A DNA stretch of 64,000 nucleotides from Alphaproteobacteria bacterium (GTDB lineage: Bacteria > Pseudomonadota > Alphaproteobacteria > UBA828): contig CAXXMU010000002.1 of the NCBI GenBank assembly GCA_963667785.2, positions 32,001-96,000 of the forward strand, given 5' to 3'. Positions 49,001 through 56,790 of the stretch are shown piece after piece (the first letter of the stretch is position 1; each line of letters begins with the position of its first letter). The position numbers were made by a program, and so were the translations under genes. Under the pieces are notes generated by a model. That model was not told where the DNA came from and searched no databases. It saw only the letters and a program-made list of their open reading frames with translations.

Positions 49001-49222
49001 GCCGCCGCAGCGGCCGCGACACGGCAGCGCTTCCGGCCGGTGTTCCTGACCACCCTCACCACGCTGCTGGGACTCTCGCCCCTGCTCTACGAGCGCAGTG
49101 ACGAGCTGGTCGGGTTCGTGCCCTTCGTCGTCAGCATGCTGGGCGGCCTCACGTTCTCCACCCTCTCGATCCTGTTCGTGCTGCCGGCATTAGTGATGAT
49201 CGTCGCGGGTCGTCACGACTAG
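46067..49222 (+). CDS. RND efflux permease (AcrB family)
   Basis: NRVAANLLM, YPGAAP.EVEE, GIVVDDS.VVGE, GVVVNDA.VL, RFRPVFLTTLTT. 1051 aa. Confidence 0.93.
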   Translation: MSMTDAGSTNAGPAAQPGPTGLTSGLIAYFAGNRVAANLLMILLIVGGVLSGLQLIVQYYPDIEARRAAVSVLYPGAAPQEVEEDINRRIEEAVVGLPGVERVVSTASQSLGKVTVEMATFADTDAVFNDIQSAIDGIENFPPVRAEQPDVRLLKISHEVMTLAVVSSSLSEDGLRLAAEDLRDRVLALPSVSQVGLKGTRDREITIELSEEELRRHGLSIGEVSRKVRRASLNLTMGEIRTGTGSVILQTVAKRSVGQDFQDIPLLTHNDGTIMTLGDVARIRDGFVDEEVVTEVNGHPAVLVRIDATEEQSVVEMAEEIRNLLAVYSPPEGVSVSIWNDNASPIFDRLLEIVKNGAIGTILVFISLVLVFELRIALWMTVGIPLSFVGSLLFFDAADLTLNLGTIFGFFLLVGIVVDDSVVVGESIAAEREKGKNALDAAVSGARAMVGPLTIGAVTTILAFLPFLFITSPAFQIVNVFPYVAILVLLVSLVAAFFILPAHLSHGRRWSLSPLSDVQTQVGGWLDEVRDRVVAPAASWAVRNVWLSIVGALLVLVAAVLLLGSDAVRIVLFDENLSSTDNVQADIYLPVGAPFEETLAAADRFVEAAHSLNDRLEGTPVDAVSMIVGNIETGRKDGEKLNSSHLASVRLHLSDQADRSASPPEVERAWREAIGSVTNLEKAEFRSGRFAARPSVSYSLKHDHMETLRSAAAELREGMATVPGIYGIHDDLAPGKRHFEIELTPAGKAAGLTPALIGTQLRSSFHGVDVQRIQRGREEINVVVRYPAERRRSLSELASERIQRPGGGEIPLSLVATITEKREPATLTRIDGKRAARVNGRADTAVITPIQARQEVRNQVIPDLLEAYPGLAIEVEAGARDESDMLETLAVLVPIVLIAIYALIAAFLRSYWKPVIAVVGIPIAFAGAIVSHWILGWDLTTMSIFGMIAVGGVVVNDALVLLDRYNTIRRDNATIPAIAAAAAATRQRFRPVFLTTLTTLLGLSPLLYERSDELVGFVPFVVSMLGGLTFSTLSILFVLPALVMIVAGRHD

Positions 49223-49324
49223 TCGCGTCCCGTCGTGCGATTTGCGGCGGGCAACATGGGCCGCAGAGAGTCGTTTCCCGAATCGCCCGTCGCGATCACC
49301 CTGGATGACTCCAATGTCAACCAC

Positions 49325-49346
49325 TTGATGTCACATGACAAATCAA
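49325..49346. promoter_or_regulatory. Palindromic operator candidate upstream of the PKS
   Basis: TTGA-TGTCA-CA-TGACA-AA-TCAA in an AT-rich intergenic stretch. Confidence 0.35.
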
Positions 49347-49474
49347 ACACCATGCACAGTCGTCGACAACCCACCAAGTGACCTGAAGGCTATGCTATCG
49401 AGGCGCAATGGGCATGCACGCGTGTCCGGCCCGTTCGCGGCCGCTACCGCCGTGCCCGGGCTCCGAGCGACAGC

Positions 49475-52400
49475 ATGACGTCGCAGAGGAGAGAAAGCGA
49501 CGTCGCCATCGTGGGATACGGCCATCGCATGCCCGGCGGCATCCGCTCGGACTCCGATTTCTGGCGCCTACTCACCGAGCGCGAGATCGTCCAGGAGCCG
49601 GTAAGAGATCGTTACGGCAGAGGCCACCTGCCGATCGGGGAATTTTCAGGCCCGGGGCGCCTTGCCAGTCCCTGGGAAGGACTGATCCGCGACAGCGACG
49701 AGCTGCTCTTCGACCGCACGCTGTTCGGAATGTCCCACAACGAAATGATGAAGACGGAACCGCAGGTCAGGATGCTGCTGAACTGCGCGTGGGAGACGAT
49801 CGAGCATGCCGGCTGGGACTTCCATGCGCTGCGCAACAGCCCCACCGGAGTCTTCGTCGGGGCGCAGCTTCCGGCCGTGTCCAACTGGCGGCCCCTGCAT
49901 GGCGTCAACGAGTACTCCGTCACCAGCATCAGCGTGGCCATGTTGGCCAACCGGATCTCGTACCACTTCAACCTCATGGGGTCCTCGATCGCGTACTGCA
50001 CGGCCTGCTCCGCCGGGCTGAGCGCCCTGCATGCGGCGATGAACGCGCTCCTGTGCGGCGACTGCGATCAGGCGCTCGTCGGGTCCGTCACCTACTTGGG
50101 CAGCGCCAGGATGGGCAGCAGCTTCAACCTCATGGGGGTCATCAGCCCGGAAGGCAAGTGCCACTCCTTCGACGCCCAGGCCAACGGCTACATGCGTTCC
50201 GAAGGCGCCTTCGTCTTCGCGCTGAAGCCCCTGGTGGCGGCGGAGCGCGATGGGGACCCAATTCATGCCGTGATCGAGGCGAGCGCGGTCAACGCAGCCG
50301 GCGCGGCGGACGATGCCGTCGGCCTGCCCCCGGGCCGCAACATCACCGCGCCGACCCGTCACGCACAGGTCGAGCTGATGCGCACCGCAGCCGCCCGTGC
50401 CGGGCGCACTGCCGGGGAGTTCGACTACCTCGAAGCCCATGCAACGGGCACCGTGGTGGGCGATCGCATCGAAGGCAACGCCATCGCGGAAGCGTTCAGC
50501 GGCTTCGATCGCGAGGTGCCGCTTCGGGTCTCGAGCGTCAAGAGCAACGTCGGGCATATGGAAGCGGCCGCATTCCATTGCGCGATGCTGAAGGTCGTCC
50601 TGATGATGCAACGGCGCACCTTTGCGCCGACATCGAAGAATCACCTGGTGCCGAATCCCGAGATCGACTTCGACCGCTGCCCGATGCGAGTGCAGACGGA
50701 AGTCGAGCCCTTTCCCGAACATCCCGTCGTCGTCGGTATCAACTCCTTCGGCTTCGGTGGCGCCAACGGGCACTGCGTGGTGCGCGAGTACCGCCCGGCG
50801 CGTCCCCGCATCTGGTCGGTGGCCCTGGCCCCGGAGGCCGGCTACGTCGTTCCCCTGTCGGCGCGCAATGCGAAGTCGCTCGCCCGGACCGCGGGGCAGC
50901 TTCGCGAGATGCTCGACCGGCGGCCTATGGATCTCTACACGCTGGCCGGCAATCTCAGCCGCCGTCGCACCCATTTCTCCACGCGCGCCGCGCTTGCGGT
51001 GCGCGACCTGCAGGAGCTCGAAGAGGGGCTCGATGCCGTTGCGGAGGAACGCGCCCCGGTCGCGACCGTAGAGGAGGGCGAGCCGCGGCTGACGATGGTG
51101 TTCGCCGGACAGGGCACGCAGTGGGCCGGTTGCGGCCGCGCGCTCTACGGCGCCGACCCCGTGTTTCGCCGCGTCATCGACGCGATCGAGGCGCACTGGC
51201 GCGAACATTCGGACGTTTCGCTGCGCGAGGCCTGCTTCTCCGCGCCGCAGTCGGAGCTCGACGAATGCGAGTTGGCTCAGCCCGTGATCTTCATGCTCCA
51301 GTGCGCGCTCGTCGAATTGTTCAAGACCTGGGGGGTCTATCCGGACTGCGTGGTCGGCCACAGCTCCGGCGAGGTGGCCGCGGCCTACGCCTGCGGAGCG
51401 CTTTCCCTGGGAGACGCGACGCGACTGGTCTTCCATCGCGCCACGTTGCAGCAACGCACCGCCGGGTCGGGCCGGATGCTGGCGATCGGCCTTGATCGTT
51501 GCGGCGTCGAGGAGTTGCTGGACACCCTCGATGTTCCCTTCCGGCTCGATGCGAACCGACCGGTCCAGGTCGAGATCGCCTGCGAGAATGCGCCTGCCAA
51601 TACCGTCATTTGCGGCAGCGAAACCGCCTTGCAGCCTGTCATCGAGGAGCTCGACCGGCGCAACCTGCAGAATCGGCTGGTTCCCGGAAACATCGCCTTT
51701 CACTCCCGGGCGATGGACGCCATCCGGGAGGACGTGGCGGCGGCGCTGTCCTTCCTTGATGAGCGCGCCTTCGACCTCGACGTTCCCTTCGTTTCATCGG
51801 TGACCGGCTGCCTCACCGAGCGCCTCGACAGCGCGTACTGGTGGTCGAACATCCGCCAGCCCGTGCGCTTTGCCGCCGCGATGGACATCGTCAAGCGCGA
51901 CCACCGGCCGCACGCGGTGCTCGAGCTTGCGCCGCACTGCGCGCTGCAGCCCGTCATCGCCCAATGCCTGGCCGACGGTGTGTCCACCCCGACCTCGATC
52001 GCGACATTCATGCGCGACGGCGATACGCGCAACGGTTTTCTCGAATCGCTGGGGGCTTTGTTCAGAGCCGGCGTGACCCTCGACTTCGCCTCCCGGTATC
52101 CGCGCCCCGAGCCCCTCCCTCACCTGCTGCCGGGACATCCGAGGGACGAGGAGAAGAAGGCGGATACCACGGCGGACGACGAGTTCCACAATCAGGCAGC
52201 CGAGTACTCTCACGGCCCGCTCGTCGGTCACCGGATCCCGTGCGATCACCTGATGTTCGAGGCGCGTTTCTCTGACCGGGCCTTTCCGTGGGCCGCCGAC
52301 CACGTGGTCCATCACGCGGCGATCATGCCGGCGACGGGCTACATCGAGATGGTTCTCGAGGCGTTCGGCGGGGTGCCGGTGCACTTCGACGTGATCGAGT

Positions 52401-55400
52401 TTCTTCAGCCCTGCCCGGTCCCGAGAACGCCGGTGCGCCTGCAGACGGTGCTACATCCGGTCGCCAATTCCCCGTCCGAATTCACCTTCGTCATCTCCAC
52501 CCGGCCCTACGGCGGGGAAAGCAGGAGCGAGCCGCACTGTCGGGGCAAGGTGCGACTGTTGAGCGACCCGCCGGCGCCAGACACTCCGGGCAGGCTCGAG
52601 GACGTCGACCGCTCCGGCTACGCGCCAGTCGAGAACGGCTCAGGAGACGAACTCTACGAATGCTTCGAGGCAGTGCTGGGCGATACGTACCGCTACGGTC
52701 CCCACTGCAGAAACATCCGGCAGATCCAGCGCCACGTGTCGACCCGGTCCTATCTGGTCGATCTCGAAGTCGACGAAAGCCTGTGGGCCGACGGCCTAGA
52801 GGAGGGGTACGTCTGCTACCCCCCGCTGATCGACGGCGCATTTCAGGCGTTTCTCTACAGCCTGTTGGGTACGTCCGATCACCTGTGCATTCCACGGCGA
52901 ATCGAGCAAATGACGTTTCTCGGCGCGGCGGCGGGACCGCGGCTGACCTGTCTCCTGAGGGATCCTCCGGATCGCGCCCTGGATATCGACGACAAGGGCC
53001 AGTTCAGCCCTTTGGAGGGCGAGCGGCTGTCGGGCAGCATCAGCTTCTACGACCAGTCCAATGGAGCCCTCGTTGCCTACGTCCAGAAATACATCCATTT
53101 CGACTCGAACCTGAAAAGGGGGGACCTGCCCCACAGCAAGCACCGGATCGTCTGGCAGCCCAAGTTCCTGCCGAACGCCCAGGTGTTCGCCGACCGGCTG
53201 CCCGCCGGCGACATCGATCCCGTGGCGTTGATCGCCGCTCTTGAACGGCGCGTTGACGGCGAGGGCCGCGCGTGTCGCATCCTGGAGTTCGCCGGGTGCA
53301 GGGAGCCCGAGCAGACCATGCTCGAGCAGTGCGTCGGGCACCTGTCGAGTGCCGGAGGGCACGGCGAGTTCTGGCTCGTCAGCGACGATGAAGAAACCGC
53401 CGGGAATAACTACGAGGCGTTTCACGCGGCCGACGCCGCTCTGCGATTCGAATGCATCGACCCGGCCGAGCGCCAGGCGATCGGTCTCGACGAGGGTCTG
53501 CTGCGTCCGGGTGCGGTGGAGGTGCTCCTTCTGCATCGCGATACGGCCGCATTCTCCCCCGCCGACTGGGAGTTCTGGAGACGCCTGCTGGTGGCCGGAG
53601 GCCTGGCGCTGGTCTCTCACTCCGAAGGCGACGTACTCGAACCGGGCGCCGGATGGGCCGTCGTTCGCGCCGCGCCGCGCAGCACCCTGCTTCAGGCCCC
53701 GCAGTCGTGGCCGGACTCCCTGAACGCGACGGCTGTTCCGACGCCCCGTTGGGTGGTGGGTGAAGCGCACAGCCCGGCGCAGGACTGGGCCTCCCTGCTC
53801 GACGATCCGGAGGTGTACCCGATCGACTTTCAGCCCCTCGTCTGCGGTGAGGACCACGATATCGAGGAGTGGCCACGGGCGGCGGACGTGCAGGCTGTCG
53901 ACTTCTTCTGTGGTCGTGATCCGCAGGACCCCACCGGCGAGGGGGTGGTGTCGGCTCTCGTCGCCCTCGTCAGGGCACTGGTGTCGTACCGCACCGAGCA
54001 TGCGCATTCCCGGTGCCGCGTCACCGTTGTGACCCAGGGGGCCGCCTTCGATGTTCACGACCCGCGCGGGTGCGGTTTGTGGGGCGCGGTTCGCAGCATG
54101 GCGATCGAGGTGGGCGAGGACGCCGGTATCGACTTCCGTCAGGTGGATCTCGGTGCCGACGACGACCTGAAGACCCTGGCCTCGCTCGCTCGCTGCGATC
54201 TGCGCGATCGGGAGATCGCGGTGCGGGAGGGCCGCCTGTGGGTGCCCCGCATAGAGAGCATTCGTGACCATGCTCCCTGCGTCCCCGCCGGCGACGAAAC
54301 CACCTACCGCCTGTGCCTGGACAACCCGGGGCAGATCGGCGGGTTGCAGATGAAGACGTACGAACCCGCGGCGCTCGGGCCGGGCATGGTGGAGATCGAC
54401 GTGAAGGCAGCGGCGCTCAACTTCCGCGATGTCATGGTGACCTTGGGACTGCTGCCCTCGGCAGCCTACGAACGCTCCGCGCTGGGGCTGGAGGTCGGCA
54501 TGGAAGCAAGTGGAGTCGTGCGCCGGGTCGGCGAGGGTGTGGACCATTGCCTGGCCGGCGACGAGGTGGTTTTCACCAAGGGCGGGTGTATCGCCAATCG
54601 GGCAGTCGTCGACGCCCCCCTTGTGTTTTCCAAGCCCGCCCGCCTCGACATGGAGCAAGCCGCGTCTTCGCTGTCGGTCTACCTCACCGCGTACTATGCC
54701 CTTGTTCACCTGGCTCGGCTCTCCGAAGGTCAGAGTGTCCTCATTCACTCGGCCATGGGCGGCGTGGGGCAGGCCGCCATCGCGCTTGCCAGGCGCGCAG
54801 GGGCCACGATCTACGCAACGGCGGGAAGCGATGCCAAGCGCGAGCGGCTTCTCGAGCTCGGTGCGAGTGCGGCGTTCGATTCGCACAGCGAGAATTGGTA
54901 CGACGAGCTGATGGAAGCGACACGCGGCGAGGGTGTCGACGTGGTGCTGAATTCCCTCGCCGGCCGTCATCTCGCGCTGTGCCTGGAGGCTCTGCGTCCG
55001 GGCGGTTGGCATTGCGAGATTGGGAAGGTCGACATCTACTCCGACAACCCGCTAGGCCTCTACGTCTTCCGCAAGAACCTGCGCTTCGCGGCGGTCGACG
55101 TGGATCGCCTGATGGTCGATGACCCCTGGCTCCTGCGCCGACTCTCAGAGACCTGTCTCGACCTGCTCGAACGGGGCGAACTGCCGCCGTTGCCGATCAC
55201 GGTCTACGACTATGAGGACTACGCCAAGGCCCTGCGCTTGATGACCAGCGGCAAGCATCAGGGGAAGCTGGTGCTCAGGGCCCCGCCGGCCGGCGTTCAT
55301 CCGCGGTTCCCGATCGTCGATCGGCGTCCACTGCTCGACCCCGATGCGACCTACCTCGTGAGCGGCGGCCTCGGCGGATTCGGCCTGTCCCTGCTGCCCT

Positions 55401-56530
55401 ATCTCGTATCAATCGGAGCCCGCCATCTCACGTTGATGGATCGGGACCCCGAGCGCCGCCGCAACGCCGACTGGGTGAGCGAATCGACCGCGCTGCAATA
55501 CATGGACTGGGAGTGCGAGATCGACATCGTCGTTGGCGATGTCGCGATTGCGGCGGACGTTGAGCGCTGCGTCGCCTGCCTGCGCCGGCCGCTCAAGGGC
55601 GTCTTTCACTTCGCCGGTGTGCTCGATGACCGTCTGCTCGACACCATGTCGCGGGACTCCGTGGAGACGGTATTCGCTCCCAAGGCTACCGGCGCGCTGA
55701 ATCTTCACCGGGCGACCGCCGGGCATCCGCTCGACCTCTTCGTCATGGCCTCGTCCACTGCCTCAACCTTCGGCAATCCTGGACAGATCAACTACAGCGC
55801 CGCCAACGCTTACCTCGATGGCCTCGCAGTGTGGCGCCGCAGGCAGGGTTTGCCGGCGCTGTCCTACAACATTGCGGCGGTCGCCGAGGTCGGTATGGCC
55901 TCGCGAAACCACCATGTGCTGCGCATGCTGAGGATGGTCGGCATGCCCCCGGTGAGCGTTCACTTCGCAATCGCCAACCTCGACTACACGCTGCGCAGAC
56001 TGCCCGACAGCGACCACCTGGTGACCGCGCTGTTCAAGCGGGTTCCGTTGACCGTCGACTCTGCGGACTACATGCGCATCGGTCGCCTGATGAGCAACAA
56101 CGATGCGTTCCAGGGTCATTCCGACGACCGACTCACGCTCGAAACCGTGATGACGCAGATTGCCGAGAAGGTCGCCGAGCTATGCGGCCACGATGAAGGC
56201 GACATGGACGAGCCGTTGGCGAGCTTCGGATTCAATTCGATCTCCGTTGCCGAGCTCGTGGCGTATCTTCAGAATCAGTTCAACTTCCAGGTCAGCGCTC
56301 TGGAACTGATGACCACCGCCACCTGCCAGTCCTTGGCGCATGCGATCGTCCACAGAGCGGAACAGCCCGAGGAGGTGGAAGGCGAGACCGATGCGGTGGA
56401 GAGCGCGGACGCGCCTCTCTCCGGGCGGCTCCGCGGACGCCGAAGGCCGTCGGAATTCGCAAGCGTCCTGGAAGATCACTTTCCGCCAGCGCCCGGTGCG
56501 AGCCGAAACGAAATGACGACGGAGTCTTGA
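49475..56530 (+). CDS. Mono-modular highly reducing type I PKS/FAS (KS-AT-DH-pseudoMT-ER-KR-ACP), SwfA-like
   Basis: KS: TACSAG, EAHATGT, KSNVGH, NSFGFGG. AT: GQG.QW, GHSSGE, AFHS. DH: DHVVHHAAIMP, IDGAFQ. ER: LNFRD, LIHSAMGGVG. KR: GGLGGFG, AGVLDD, GQINYSAAN. ACP: GFNS. No TE domain. Confidence 0.95.
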   Translation: MTSQRRESDVAIVGYGHRMPGGIRSDSDFWRLLTEREIVQEPVRDRYGRGHLPIGEFSGPGRLASPWEGLIRDSDELLFDRTLFGMSHNEMMKTEPQVRMLLNCAWETIEHAGWDFHALRNSPTGVFVGAQLPAVSNWRPLHGVNEYSVTSISVAMLANRISYHFNLMGSSIAYCTACSAGLSALHAAMNALLCGDCDQALVGSVTYLGSARMGSSFNLMGVISPEGKCHSFDAQANGYMRSEGAFVFALKPLVAAERDGDPIHAVIEASAVNAAGAADDAVGLPPGRNITAPTRHAQVELMRTAAARAGRTAGEFDYLEAHATGTVVGDRIEGNAIAEAFSGFDREVPLRVSSVKSNVGHMEAAAFHCAMLKVVLMMQRRTFAPTSKNHLVPNPEIDFDRCPMRVQTEVEPFPEHPVVVGINSFGFGGANGHCVVREYRPARPRIWSVALAPEAGYVVPLSARNAKSLARTAGQLREMLDRRPMDLYTLAGNLSRRRTHFSTRAALAVRDLQELEEGLDAVAEERAPVATVEEGEPRLTMVFAGQGTQWAGCGRALYGADPVFRRVIDAIEAHWREHSDVSLREACFSAPQSELDECELAQPVIFMLQCALVELFKTWGVYPDCVVGHSSGEVAAAYACGALSLGDATRLVFHRATLQQRTAGSGRMLAIGLDRCGVEELLDTLDVPFRLDANRPVQVEIACENAPANTVICGSETALQPVIEELDRRNLQNRLVPGNIAFHSRAMDAIREDVAAALSFLDERAFDLDVPFVSSVTGCLTERLDSAYWWSNIRQPVRFAAAMDIVKRDHRPHAVLELAPHCALQPVIAQCLADGVSTPTSIATFMRDGDTRNGFLESLGALFRAGVTLDFASRYPRPEPLPHLLPGHPRDEEKKADTTADDEFHNQAAEYSHGPLVGHRIPCDHLMFEARFSDRAFPWAADHVVHHAAIMPATGYIEMVLEAFGGVPVHFDVIEFLQPCPVPRTPVRLQTVLHPVANSPSEFTFVISTRPYGGESRSEPHCRGKVRLLSDPPAPDTPGRLEDVDRSGYAPVENGSGDELYECFEAVLGDTYRYGPHCRNIRQIQRHVSTRSYLVDLEVDESLWADGLEEGYVCYPPLIDGAFQAFLYSLLGTSDHLCIPRRIEQMTFLGAAAGPRLTCLLRDPPDRALDIDDKGQFSPLEGERLSGSISFYDQSNGALVAYVQKYIHFDSNLKRGDLPHSKHRIVWQPKFLPNAQVFADRLPAGDIDPVALIAALERRVDGEGRACRILEFAGCREPEQTMLEQCVGHLSSAGGHGEFWLVSDDEETAGNNYEAFHAADAALRFECIDPAERQAIGLDEGLLRPGAVEVLLLHRDTAAFSPADWEFWRRLLVAGGLALVSHSEGDVLEPGAGWAVVRAAPRSTLLQAPQSWPDSLNATAVPTPRWVVGEAHSPAQDWASLLDDPEVYPIDFQPLVCGEDHDIEEWPRAADVQAVDFFCGRDPQDPTGEGVVSALVALVRALVSYRTEHAHSRCRVTVVTQGAAFDVHDPRGCGLWGAVRSMAIEVGEDAGIDFRQVDLGADDDLKTLASLARCDLRDREIAVREGRLWVPRIESIRDHAPCVPAGDETTYRLCLDNPGQIGGLQMKTYEPAALGPGMVEIDVKAAALNFRDVMVTLGLLPSAAYERSALGLEVGMEASGVVRRVGEGVDHCLAGDEVVFTKGGCIANRAVVDAPLVFSKPARLDMEQAASSLSVYLTAYYALVHLARLSEGQSVLIHSAMGGVGQAAIALARRAGATIYATAGSDAKRERLLELGASAAFDSHSENWYDELMEATRGEGVDVVLNSLAGRHLALCLEALRPGGWHCEIGKVDIYSDNPLGLYVFRKNLRFAAVDVDRLMVDDPWLLRRLSETCLDLLERGELPPLPITVYDYEDYAKALRLMTSGKHQGKLVLRAPPAGVHPRFPIVDRRPLLDPDATYLVSGGLGGFGLSLLPYLVSIGARHLTLMDRDPERRRNADWVSESTALQYMDWECEIDIVVGDVAIAADVERCVACLRRPLKGVFHFAGVLDDRLLDTMSRDSVETVFAPKATGALNLHRATAGHPLDLFVMASSTASTFGNPGQINYSAANAYLDGLAVWRRRQGLPALSYNIAAVAEVGMASRNHHVLRMLRMVGMPPVSVHFAIANLDYTLRRLPDSDHLVTALFKRVPLTVDSADYMRIGRLMSNNDAFQGHSDDRLTLETVMTQIAEKVAELCGHDEGDMDEPLASFGFNSISVAELVAYLQNQFNFQVSALELMTTATCQSLAHAIVHRAEQPEEVEGETDAVESADAPLSGRLRGRRRPSEFASVLEDHFPPAPGASRNEMTTES

Positions 56531-56790
56531 CCATTCGCCAGCCCGGCCCGGATTCCATACCGACCAGGGCACCGGCACATTACAAAAAACTACATGCCTC
56601 CATGCGGCGCGTTGTCGGGAAGGTGGCACTCATGGATCGGACACGGCCTCCTCCGCAGCGTCGCACCCCTGGTTCTGCAGACCCGAGCATTCCCGGGGTG
56701 CTCGGTTTCCGATCCGCGGCCCAGCAGTCGCAGCCCGCGGCGACCGGGTGGGCTCAGGTTCGGCGCCCCCGGTAGCGAGCGAGACACGAG

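Noticed and set aside
56527-56775. 82-aa ORF between the PKS and R-ST genes
   Set aside because: It has no motif, no RBS and low-complexity composition, so it is treated as intergenic.
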